A DNA stretch of 63,986 nt, the filler included, from Octopus bimaculoides (taxonomy: Eukaryota): the NCBI RefSeq assembly GCF_001194135.2. It is 6 parts of 6 records of this genome, joined end to end, with 100 filler letters (N's around TTAATTAATTAA, not from the genome) between each part and the next. Parts side by side here need not be neighbours in the genome. Positions count along the whole stretch, not along the records: positions 40,586 to 54,605 come from NC_068987.1; positions 54,706 to 61,476 come from NC_068986.1; positions 61,577 to 63,986 come from NW_026434964.1; 3 more parts are not named here. One strand, given 5' to 3'. Positions 51,734-63,986 of the stretch are shown in pieces. The position numbers and the translations under genes are program-made. Under the pieces are notes generated by a model that ran no database searches, was not told where the DNA came from, and worked only from the letters and a program-made list of their open reading frames with translations. Numbering within the stretch: position 1 is the first letter of the stretch; the number at the start of each line of letters is the position of its first letter.

Positions 51734-52276
51734 GCCCGGATGCAGTACCAGGCAGTGGCTCTCATGGCTTCTGATCTTAATTGATTGGAAGTGCTATCAT
51801 GTACATTGTTTTGTCTTGGTATAAAGGATGGGCTACAGCAAATATTCTGCTCAATACCACAGATTCACTTGTCAGTTGTTTGACCTTAACCAGTTGAGCA
51901 TGTCCCTTAGTGGCTGGCGATATGTGCATCTCTGATCACAAGCAGAAGTAGTGGGGGAGAATCATAGCCATGTGTTGAGAGCAATTCTTTGGGGTTTGAA
52001 TAATTCACCTTTGGAAACATGGGTGCTTTGCTCAACATATATATATAGGGACCTTTTGAGTGGGATGGGCTACTCGACCTGAAGAAAATTCTAACTGGGC
52101 CCCACCTGCGAAGTCATGCGCTGTTTATCTTGATATGAGATCACCATGTCGTGCACATATGGCTGTGATGCATGTACCTGGTGTACCCTTGTCAGACGGG
52201 TAGTTGTGATGGGTATAATGGGCTTCATATATTTTACCCCAGTGTCACTTTGATGGCATGCACTGCTCTCTCACTC
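51734..52276 (+). mobile_element. ~540-bp element embedded in (AAT)n, probably retro-derived
   Basis: GC-richer block flanked by (AAT)n at 51682-51733 and 52277-52357. Confidence 0.55.
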
Positions 52277-52289
52277 AATAATAATAATG

Positions 52290-52360
<71 letters not shown>

Positions 52361-52776
52361 GAAACCATCAGTATTAATACTATTATTACTGACCCATGAG
52401 AGCCAATAAGAGAGCCTCTACGTAACTGCTTGACATGCTTGAAATAATAACTAAATGTCTTATCGTATTTAGTCGCAAATCTCTACATTTTGAACTCCAG
52501 ATTGCGCCGAGGTGAACTGCAACTTCGAACCTTTACAGACTGGAGTTGCTTGGTAAAAAAAACAATTACATAAGAGTGCTCACTGACTATTGTGCTGAGC
52601 TGATCAGCTTCACTCATCAATCAAAATCTGAGGCCATGTACTTGTATAAATAGATCGATGTTCCAGAAAAGACAAAGTACAGGGGCTGAAAGAGTATTTG
52701 AGATATTCTGACACATGACACCTGACACACGTGTGGAGTTCTGTTATAACACAGTTTAGCCAATATGTGTGTGCAC

Positions 52777-52828
<52 letters not shown>

Positions 52829-54185
52829 GTGTGTATTAAGAAATCCCATTAAAAATCTTGCTACATATCTCTCGTCCGCGAAAGTAATTAAAGCGTATCA
52901 TGTTATAGGTACATGATCCGAACTTTTGTTTCTGTGTATGTCCGTCCATATGTATATGTGTGTGTGTGTGTGTGCGTGTATATGTGTGTGTGTGCGCGCG
53001 CGCGCGTGTGTGAGAGAGTACGTGTGTTGTGGTGCGCTGAGAGATTTTTGCGTTTGTGTATGTGTCAAAACGAATGATGTGATTATGTATCCGTGTATAT
53101 GTGTGTCTAACTCTGTATAGGCGAGCGTGTGTATCCAAGTGTGCAGTGAGAATTAGTATATGTATGAACTATCACACACACACACNNNNNNNNNNNNNNN
53201 NNNNNNNNNNNNNNNNNNNNNNNNNNNNNNNNNNNNNNNNNNNNNNNNNNNNNNNNNNNNNNNNNNNNNNNNNNNNNNNNNNNNNNNNNNNNNNNNNNNN
53301 NNNNNNNNNNNNNNNNNNNNNNNNNNNNNNNNNNNNNNNNNNNNNNNNNNNNNNNNNNNNNNNNNNNNNNNNNNNNNNNNNNNNNNNNNNNNNNNNNNNN
53401 NNNNNNNNNNNNNNNNNNNNNNNNNNNNNNNNNNNNNNNNNNNNNNNNNNNNNNNNNNNNNNNNNNNNNNNNNNNNNNNNNNNNNNNNNNNNNNNNNNNN
53501 NNNNNNNNNNNNNNNNNNNNNNNNNNNNNNNNNNNNNNNNNNNNNNNNNNNNNNNNNNNNNNNNNNNNNNNNNNNNNNNNNNNNNNNNNNNNNNNNNNNN
53601 NNNNNNNNNNNNNNNNNNNNNNNNNNNNNNNNNNNNNNNNNNNNNNNNNNNNNNNNNNNNNNNNNNNNNNNNNNNNNNNNNNNNNNNNNNNNNNNNNNNN
53701 NNNGTATATACATATATATGCATGCATACAAACACACATATATCTATATATTTATTTATACGCACATTTGTGTGTGTGTGTGTGAGCACACTATAGTTTT
53801 GACCATATATGGTAAGAATGAAATGGATAAATAACAGTGTTTAGTGTCAGTCAAAAATGAAGGTCACAATGAAAAAGATTTAAAATATATTATATAGGAC
53901 AATTCTCTGAAGGTGAGAGTTAACAAGAATGGAGTTCATTCATTCATCTATCATTTAACATTCACATTGGGAATAATGAAATACACACATATATACATAC
54001 ATACATGCATACATACATGTATACATGCAGACACAAACACAGACAGATAGACACACACACACACACTTACACACACACACACACTTATACACACACACAT
54101 ATATGTATGTATGCATGCGTGAGTATTATACATACATACATACATGCATACATACATGCATGCAGACACAGACACAGGCAGACAG

Positions 54186-54217
<32 letters not shown>

Positions 54218-54454
54218 ACGCACATATATGTGTGCATGCATGTATGAATGTATGTATTACACATGCACATATATATATATATGTGTGTGGACTAAGAGAA
54301 GTAGGAACACACATGAGGACGGAACACACATGAGGACGAAAGATTTCTGAGCAATGGACATGAGCTAGAATAAGAACAGTAATAAACGAGTGAAGAACGA
54401 GTATATAGTGCGTGTGTTTATTTGGCAAAGGACAGAACACCATCCCAAAATACA

Positions 54455-54605
54455 ACCACATGGTTCCGGGTTCAGTCCCACTGCGTGACACCTTGAGCAA
54501 GTGTTTTCTACTGTAGCATCGGGCCGACCAAAGCCTTTTGAGTGGATTTGGTAGACAGAAACTGAAAGAAGCCCGTCGTATATATATATATGTGTGTGTG
54601 TGTGT
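54455..54605 (+). mobile_element. SINE family A 5' half (another half-copy at 54707-54840, minus)
   Basis: Both halves stop at the internal microsatellite next to the linker. Confidence 0.75.
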
Positions 54606-54847
54606 NNNNNNNNNNNNNNNNNNNNNNNNNNNNNNNNNNNNNNNNNNNNTTAATTAATTAANNNNNNNNNNNNNNNNNNNNNNNNNNNNNNNNNNNNNNN
54701 NNNNNTATACGACGGGCTTCTTTCAGTTTCTGTCTACCAAATCCACTCAGAAGACTATGGTCGGCCCGAGGCTATAGTACAAAACACTTGCCCAAGGTGC
54801 CACAGAGTGGGACTGAACTCGGAACCATGTGGTTGGTAAGCAAACTC

Positions 54848-55048
54848 AAGGCCCGAAATTTTTTTTGGGGTGGGGGGGCAGTCGATTAGATCTACCCTAG
54901 TATGCAACAGGTACTTGATTTATCGACCTCGAAATGAGGAAAAGAAAAGTCAACCTCGGCGGAATTTGAACTCAGAACGTAAAGACAGACAAAATACTGC
55001 TAAGCATTTCTCTCGGCATGCTAACGTTTCTCCCAGCTCGCCGCCTTA
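54848..55048 (-). mobile_element. SINE family B
   Basis: Head and core motifs. Confidence 0.78.
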
Positions 55049-56606
55049 TATGTATATCAATAATGACAGAAAATTATATTTGCGTTTGATGTGTAGGTTA
55101 CGTCATATACCTCTGGAGACATGAACCATTCCATGCAGACCATGGAATTACTGTGCATTAACATTACCACCTACAACAATAACTAGAACAACAACAACAA
55201 CAACAACGACGACGACAGCAACAACAACAACAACAAAAATAGCATTAACCAGTAAAACAATAACACAAAAAGTCATCTCTGTCGATGGAATTGTTACTAA
55301 GGAGGTTTAAACTACAAAATTAAGCAAATGTGCAACGAAACGAACATTAACAGCAACAACAACTAACTCAACAACAATTACGGTTTTAAAAGCATAAGAA
55401 TAGAGTAAAACATAAAAATTTCGAAGCAAAACAATAGCAATAAGAACCAGAGAAAATATCCAAGAAAATATATCAAGAATAAAAGAATATGGTCGTCACT
55501 TTGGAAACAAGACACTTCTGAGATAATATAGTTAGCAGCTCAGTGTAAATGTGAACAGATCACAGATGTCTTCTTGACATACAACAGATGGTTACATGGA
55601 ATTGTGGGAATTGTGGTTAACAAAAAAGCCACCTAGCGGAAATTGGACGGCAATAAATTCTTTAGAGATTTTTGTTTTGTATGTCATAATGTTTATGATA
55701 AGCTTTTAAGAAAATGCCTTTAGAGAAATATTCAAAATACTTCTCGCCTCAAACGTTTGCTTACAAATGGTTAACATTCTCTGATACACGACACGCATGC
55801 GCACATACACACATATGTATTTATATGAACACAAGTTTAAATAGCTGTATACTTCATGAAAGTCTGTGCATAAAATCGAGAATTCTGCGGGACAATCCCA
55901 TTACCAGCTGCTGAATATTACAGTACATTTAGATTCTCTCTCAGTAACATATCCTCAATTTGCAGCTTGAAAAACTACACAAAATATTGACCCTGTCTCT
56001 GCTACTCTAAGCAAGTTGTTTCTACGTATCCAATTCTCTTTACTCTGAATATCATTGGATCAAAAGAAAACATCATATTGAATAATATTAAAGATTAAAA
56101 TAAGTTATATAGACAAATTTTTCTACTTAACGCATTCATGAAATTTTTGGCGTGTGAAGAGTATCTCGTTTCTTTGCTTTACTGCATACATTGTTGGCTA
56201 AAAGGCCTATAAATATGTTATGTAGTACATCATAACAACGTAACGAAACATGTCAATATGCCGGTTAATATCCAATTAATATCAACCATCCACTGTAAGC
56301 AAACTGAGAGAGGCACGACAGATAAACTTCTGGGTAGTCAGCGATCGAACATGTGAACATAAGCCACATGACTTTTCACCTGGCTCTGTTCACCTTGTAA
56401 GCTTCATGCAACCCTTCCTTCTGTGTTCAGTGTTCCGTAGGCTTTCTTCTAGTATCCGACAAAGAAACATGTTCGAAACATTAAATATTTATTCTCTACC
56501 ATTTTCCAGTTTGAGGGGTTTAGACTAATATTGACAGTATACATATATATGTGTATAAACATATTTATATATATGTATATATACATATACATGCATACAT
56601 GCATGC

Positions 56607-56638
<32 letters not shown>

Positions 56639-57369
56639 ATGTATATAACTGTACCTGTATATGAGTATGTAAACATACACACACATACATACGTTAGTGC
56701 ATATATATACGTGTGTGTATTATATATANNNNNNNNNNNNNNNNNNNNNNNNNNNNNNNNNNNNNNNNNNNNNNNNNNNNNNNNNNNNNNNNNNNNNNNN
56801 NNNNNNNNNNNNNNNNNTATATATGTATATATACTGTGTTTTTCTGAGGGCGTGTGTGTTTGTGCATGCGTGCGAGTTTGTGTGTATGTGTGTGTGTATG
56901 TGTGTGTGTGTGTGCGTGTGTGTGCGTGTGTGTGCGTGTGTGTGTGTGTATGTGTGTGTGTGTTTGTTATGCAGTTCGCTATTAACTTGATTCAAAGTTT
57001 AAAAAAAGAAAGAACTAGTAATTCAATCCTTGCTTTATCAGAATGTTTGCAAGACGACCAAAAAATATTTTAATTCCTTTTATAGCTTATCTCTATGAAA
57101 TTGTATTTATTTATTCCTCGCCATTATTTATTCTTACTTCTAACTTTGGAGTTCGCTAATTTATATTAGTGTTATGAACACTGATCTGGGATCCTCTCCA
57201 GCTGCTCCTATATTATATATGATACCCCAATGCGTTTGAGTCTTTTCTTTTGTTAATACGCATCGTTTCTTACGTATGTATGAATGTACGTATGTATGTA
57301 TGCATGTATTATGTATGTATGTATGTATGTATGTGCGTATGTATGTATGGATGTAGGTATGTATTAATA

Positions 57370-57407
<38 letters not shown>

Positions 57408-58676
57408 TCTGTTTGTGTTGGAGGCTACTCTGTATATTTTTGTATATACATATATCTTCCACGTATTTATATAAAGACAAGAGATAAGAGCAGTACGAAT
57501 ATATCAGCTGCAACACCAGCAACAACAGCAACACCGACAAAGATAAATTTAACAATAATCAGAAGGCAGACAATAACAACAAAACTATGTTTTATGTTAT
57601 TTATTTCAACCATCCCAATAACTTAATTTTGTTTATGAATGAGACAACGGATAAGGAACACTCTCACGCTGCTCTCTATTAAGACCTTGTGTATATTGGC
57701 AGACTAAACACACACAGAATAATAGGGTGAAACTCCCGCTACTCTAAGGATATATGAAGGGTATCCTTTTGCTGTACAAATCATTGGTTAATTCACTGTG
57801 ATATGAAATATTTCATATTTTATATGTATGAGTGCTTGCATATATATATAGAGAGACAGTTACGTTGATGAGCAAATTAAATATATCAGCTTGGGTTACA
57901 TATGCTAATGTGTGTGTGTGTGTGTGTGTGTGTGTGNNNNNNNNNNTGTGTGTGTGTGTGTGTGTGTGTGTGGGTGTGTGTGTGTGTGTGTGTAAACAGA
58001 AAGAAAGTAAAGGCTGAAGGCTTTCAGAAGATGAGTATTTAGGCATAAATATATAGATATTTATATATTAATATATCAAACTTACAAAGAGTACAAACGA
58101 TATATAAAATTAACACAGACGGTAAGGTGTTACAAGTCCAACAACTGCTTCTGGAGGAGGCACGCAGATCTATCATAATATTGGTAGATGTAATTCACCA
58201 AAATATGCAGCCAGTAATGGAAGCAAATAAGCATTGAAGAAATCGAGCCACCGTCTTCAGTTTAGGAAATTTGAATATGTACATATTCATATGTAATATG
58301 TAAACACATATATTTACCCATGCTTATATGTAAATATGTACTCACACGCATACATACATACATACATACATACATATACACATACACGCACAGACATATA
58401 TATGTATGTATATATATATATATATATATATATNNNNNNNNNNNNNNNNNNNNNNNNNNNNNNNNNNNNNNNNNNNNNNNNNNNNNNNNNNNNNNNNNNN
58501 NNNNNNNNNNNNNNNNNNNNNNNNNNNNNNNNNNNNNNNNNNNNNNNNNNNNNNNNNNNNNNNNNNNNNNNNNNNNNNNNNNNNNNNNNNNNNNNNNNNN
58601 NNNNNNNNNNNNNNNNNNNNNNNNNNNNNNNNNNNNNNNNNNNNNNNNNNNNNNNNNNNNNNNNNNNNNNNNNNNN

Positions 58677-58712
<36 letters not shown>

Positions 58713-58718
<6 letters not shown>

Positions 58719-58839
58719 GTCCACAAAGTCTAGCTACATGGAGTAAATAAAATCATAACATAAACAATTTAATATAAGAAATTATTATTTGTTAAAGTAT
58801 GTGTTAATCCCCATATACCCAGACTTTGTGGACACCCTG
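58713..58839. mobile_element. 127-bp Tc1/mariner-type MITE
   Basis: 19-bp TIRs at 58713-58731 and 58821-58839 (1 mismatch); TA flanks. Confidence 0.8.
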
Positions 58840-61327
58840 TATATATATATATTTATATTAAAATTGGACCTGCATGCAACACTTACATTCATAACTTTGA
58901 GTTTCTGGACAGTTATTTATTCGATAATCGTTACAGCCGGCGAATAATAATAGTAAGTGCCGGATAAATTGCTGTCAAAAAATTTAGAGTTCTAAATGTA
59001 ACTGTTGGTGGATGGGATGAAAAATTCATTGGCTGACTATGAAGGAGTGATGCTAGAGCTGTGAAATCATGCATGCAATAATTTCATTTCAACTCCTCTT
59101 ATTAATAACTTCGTTGTTTCTTTGCATATAAACTGATATCTAACATTCGAAAGAAGACTCCAAATATTTCTAGCAGCGATTTCTCTTGACAATGGACAAA
59201 ATCTGGTATCATGGTGTTATCAAGTACCTGTAGTAAAAGTGTTTCGCCCCCAAGAACATTCATGCTGACATCGTTGCTCTATTAGGGGATGACACTCCAA
59301 CATCACTTACACACACATACACACGCTCACACACATACGTATGTATGAACATGCATGTACGTGTGTGTGAATACACATTCACTAATCTCATTAATCTATT
59401 GGGTATTTTGTCATTCTTAAGCATATGGTGATGAAGGTATTTTTGCATGTATATATCACGTGATCTATACTTCACCATAAAACAGATGAATATGTGATGC
59501 CTTTCTAAATGCTTTTTCGGCGTCCAACCAAATCTCGGTGACTAATTATATTTCAACGTCTTTACAAATATGTTTCATTATATATTGTCGCGCTGCTTTG
59601 CTACTTCCATCGTTCCAGTTGGTGGTAACGTGGAGCTCAAAGCTGATTTTAGCACATTCAAGTTGTGATAAAATGCATATAATTTACTTTTAAGTATTTA
59701 GTACTTTTCCTCGTTTGTAAACGAAACGTTTAACAGTCGGTACACACATAGTTATATACACATATACAGACACATGCACACACACACACACATTCTGTGA
59801 TATACATGTACGATTGTTTATGTACACAGATATACAATTAAACTATATTCGTTATCTTAGAGACTTAAACCCTTTAAATTTGTATAAATTTCATGAAACA
59901 TTTAAACTGACACAGATGGAAAGTGTGAAGTAGAGGGACAAAGATAAAAAGGGGGAGCGAGCGATATATACAGAAAATGCAAATAAAAGAGAAACTATGA
60001 TAGTATAAGTAAGAGAATGAGAGGAAGAGAACATTTTTAATGTTCGAAAATAAAAAAGAACAAGAACGATGACGCGAAACATTACACTTTTCCTTGAGCA
60101 GTTTCCACCCACGTTCTCTAAACAATTTTTATCAAAGATCTATCCCTATATTATCTGAAGTTTATGTTTCACCTTTCACCTTGTTTCGTTCGGTTTGTAA
60201 GTTTGGTGCTTTGGTCATATTACTTTTATTGAAATATTATAATCTTCCTTTCAAGCAGGCACAAAGCTTTCCATTTTATTTATTCTCGTAAAGAAGGAAG
60301 TTATTATGGATGTTTGACACATCGCCAGGTTATCGTTGTCATTTTGTTATTATTATTTTTTTTTTTTGAGGAAGTAGAAATAGTTAAAAAATAGTCATCG
60401 GTATTTCAACGAGGAAACACGAGGCAATGCATGATATAATTGAACATATTTGAAAAACGACTTTAAAATGAGAATAATTTATGTCTTACCATTACTAAGA
60501 GCGTAAGTGTTGCAATGGCGTTAAAAACATGCTTGAAGCATTTAGTTACATCACTTAACATTCTGAGTTCAATCCCAATGTCGTTAACATTCACGACGAA
60601 AAGATAACTATTCCGCTTAGACTTAATCATCATCATCATCATCATCATCATCATGTGTGTGAATATGTATGTATGTATGTATGTATGTATGCACCAGTAA
60701 TATATGTTTATTATGAACTTTGCACGTACTTGTGTGAGGGGAATAAAAGACGTTTTTCAAGATGTATCTGAATTTGACCTGTGGAAGCCAGCTTACTTAT
60801 GAATTTTGGACGTACTTGTGTGAGGGAAGTAAAAGACTCTTTCAAATATTTAAAAAAAATAATTTTTCTATAATTTAAAAAAAATATTTTAATCGTCTGA
60901 TAAAATCCTTCTAATCGGTGGACACTTATTTTATTTTATTTTTATTTTTATCATTATTTATTTTATATTTTTCCATTAGGGTTTTTGGTAGTTTTGAATA
61001 TTTAGTCACTATATTTAACTTTTGATAAGCCGTTCTATTTGTATCTTATTAAAATATATATTCCTACCTTCTGTGATTTTATGCATAAGTATTACACTTT
61101 TATGTGTTTGTAGACCATGGTGCTTTTTTATATATGATTAAATGTTTGAGGGGTGGTGTTGTATGTAAAGTTGTTGACACCAATCTAATGTTTGTTCTAT
61201 AATCAATGCCTATTTATCTTCGTCTTATTTAAATTTGAACACTTCTTCTGCAGTCCTATAAACCCTTTTGTTTCTATAATAAGACACAAATATTATTTCT
61301 GGTTATATATATATGTATATATATATT

Positions 61328-61457
61328 TCAATTTCCGTCTACCAAATACGCTTGCAAGACTTTGGTCGGCCCGAGGCCGTAGTAGAAGACACTTGCCCAA
61401 GGTGACACGCAGTTGTTGGAAAACAAGTTTCTTTCCACGCAGCCACTCCTGCGCCTA
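61328..61457 (-). mobile_element. SINE family A 5' fragment
   Basis: ttccgtctaccaaat...cactcctgcgcct. Confidence 0.75.
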
Positions 61458-61742
61458 TATATATATATATATATATNNNNNNNNNNNNNNNNNNNNNNNN
61501 NNNNNNNNNNNNNNNNNNNNTTAATTAATTAANNNNNNNNNNNNNNNNNNNNNNNNNNNNNNNNNNNNNNNNNNNNATATATTTGTATATATATATATGT
61601 ATATATATATGTGTGTATATATATATGCATATATATGTATCTATATATTTGTATATATGTATGTAATGTATGTATCTATATATGTATATGTATATAGATG
61701 TATAAATATGTCTATGTATAAATATGTATATATGTAAGTATA

Positions 61743-62383
61743 TGGGAGAATTTACGAAAAAAACAACAACAGACGAGGACAGGTGGTGTAAACTACAAAA
61801 GGATGTATTAGTTTAATGCTCGGAAATTGGAAAGTCTTTAACGTTTCGAGCTACTCTCTTCAACAGAAAGAAAAGGAGAAAAACAAGGAGAAAAAAAATT
61901 TGAATGTCGTGGTCAGCGATCTATCATGGCGACTGACGGACAGAAAGTTCACACAGGAGAGTTAAGAAAAAGGGGAGATAACAAAAGGGGAAAGAAGGGG
62001 AAAGAAGCGGTGAAACCAAATACGAGAAGCTGTGTGTGTGTGTGTGTGAGAGAGAATGCTGGTGATCTTGACGTATGTATGTGTGTATGTAGGTGTGACA
62101 AAATGGGGAAGGGAGAAGGGAGTTGGTCAGTGCTGGTGTATGCGTAGTGGTGTGTTGGGAAGTGATGTGTTGTGTGATATGGTGTAATGTGGTGTGATGT
62201 GAGTGTTGGGAGGTGGGAGTTGGGAGGTGGGGAAGACGAAGGTGGGGGAGCCGGCGGAAGGTGGGGGAGGCGAGAGTGGAGAAAGCATGGGTGGAGTGTG
62301 GGTTAGGCCGAGGGTGGGGGTAGAGGTAGGGTATGTGGTTAGGCAGAGGTTGGGGTGGGTGTAAGGAATTGGATGGGGTGGGG
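61743..62383 (-). mobile_element. Penelope-like pseudo-LTR and adjacent 3' region
   Basis: 61743-61931 matches 7546-7722 and lies about 1.3 kb from a Penelope RT. Confidence 0.65.
61836..61870 (-). ncRNA. Minimal type I hammerhead-like motif (A6U variant)
   Basis: Minus strand reads CTTT-CTGTTGA-A-GAG-agtag-CTC-GAAAC-GTT-AAAG. Confidence 0.45.
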
Positions 62384-63181
62384 NNNNNNNNNNNNNNNNN
62401 NNNNNNNNNNNNNNNNNNNNNNNNNNNNNNNNNNNNNNNNNNNNNNNNNNNNNNNNNNNNNNNNNNNNNNNNNNNNNNNNNNNNNNNNNNNNNNNNNNNN
62501 NNNNNNNNNNNNNNNNNNNNNNNNNNNNNNNNNNNNNNNNNNNNNNNNNNNNNNNNNNNNNNNNNNNNNNNNNNNNNNNNNNNNNNNNNNNNNNNNNNNN
62601 NNNNNNNNNNNNNNNNNNNNNNNNNNNNNNNNNNNNNNNNNNNNNNNNNNNNNNNNNNNNNNNNNNNNNNNNNNNNNNNNNNNNNNNNNNNNNNNNNNNN
62701 NNNNNNNNNNNNNNNNNNNNNNNNNNNNNNNNNNNNNNNNNNNNNNNNNNNNNNNNNNNNNNNNNNNNNNNNNNNNNNNNNNNNNNNNNNNNNNNNNNNN
62801 NNNNNNNNNNNNNNNNNNNNNNNNNNNNNNNNNNNNNNNNNNNNNNNNNNNNNNNNNNNNNNNNNNNNNNNNNNNNNNNNNNNNNNNNNNNNNNNNNNNN
62901 NNNNNNNNNNNNNNNNNNNNNAATAAGATGTCACTGGTGTTAATATCTGCGAGAAAAAAATTTTAATTGATGGTATCAACAGTAGTAACATAGGTGGTTC
63001 GCAGGAAAAAAGCATTATTTAGCTATAAATTATAAATCAGCACGAAGCGTAAGGACGCAGAAAAGCATCAACCTGTTAGAAATAAGAGTTAAAGTCTTAA
63101 TTAAAGCACCAAAATAACAGAGAAATAACAGTAGGCGAGGAAATGAAAGAATTAATACATACTGTTATTTCTCTGTTATTT

Positions 63182-63986
63182 CTCAGAAATTTAGACACCT
63201 TTTCACATCTACTTAATGGAAAACTGGAAAAGATACTTGGATGATTGTTTCATCATATGGAAGGAATCCTATGAAAAACTTCTGGAATTCAAAACCATAC
63301 TTTACAATATACATCCCAGCATTCAATTCACTATGGAATTCAGCAAACATCATCTCCCTTTTCTTGATCTCTTAATTATAAAAACACCTAATAACCAAAT
63401 CACAACCGACATCTACCACAAACCTACAGATTCACAACAATACCTTCTATTCAGCTCATGCCACCCAAAACACACCAAGATAAATATCCCCTTCAAATAG
63501 CTAAAAGAGTTTGCACCATTGTCTCTGACCCAACCACTCGAGAAATGCGCTTACAAGACCTAAAAAACACTATTACAACGCTAATATCCCTCCACACTCG
63601 GAATAAAACGTGCCAAGGAACTTGACAAAAACACACTGAAAACCACCCAACACAGTAACACACCCAACCCCAAAATACTTCCATACATCTCCACCCNNNN
63701 NNNNNNACCCCAAAATACTTCCATACATCTCCACCCACAACCCCAAAACATCGAAGCATACACCACAATCAAACAAAACCTCCCCTTACTCACCACAGAC
63801 CCGATAATGAATAATATCATCAATACACACAAAGTCCTTAAATACAAAAGGCAACACAAATCTTTGAAAAAACTCCTAACTAATGCCAAACTACACACAC
63901 ACCACTTCTACCCCCACCAGTTAAAAAATGTGCACGCCTAACTGTGGTACCTGCCCCTACCTACTTGAAGGCTCTGAATTTACCTT
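63182..63986 (+). mobile_element. Penelope-like element RT (YLDD), thumb and Cys-rich linker; degenerate, runs off the window
   Basis: WKRYLDDCFIIW (YLDD at 63234-63245), LPFLD, YHKPTD, SCHPKHTK.NIPF, then KSLKKLLTNAKL and C..PNCGTCPY; frameshift near 63497. Confidence 0.88.

Overview
AT-rich, microsatellite- and gap-riddled eukaryotic DNA. The repeat families suggest an octopus (cephalopod) draft assembly, which is an inference. The window is probably six concatenated pieces, joined by 44N-TTAATTAATTAA-44N linkers at 28129, 34280, 40486, 54606 and 61477. The only recognisable host gene is the first coding exon of a WDFY1/2 orthologue (14157-14308, +), with a plausible 5'UTR exon and promoter upstream. 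The rest is transposon-derived: two abundant tRNA-headed SINE families (one forms a 7-copy head-to-tail array), RTE LINE fragments (one with a PHD-type zinc finger inside the RT), RLE-type (R4/Dong-like) non-LTR ends, Penelope-like pieces, Tc1/mariner remnants and several MITEs. The most notable signals are RNA-structural: (1) a hammerhead-ribozyme-like motif at 2087-2150 with its three strands in a non-circularly permuted order; (2) minimal hammerhead-like motifs with an A6U core change in two Penelope-like terminal repeats; (3) tandem covarying stem-loops in the RTE 3'UTR. Most ORF-track entries are microsatellite or N-gap artefacts. All structures were paired by eye; no folding or database search was run.
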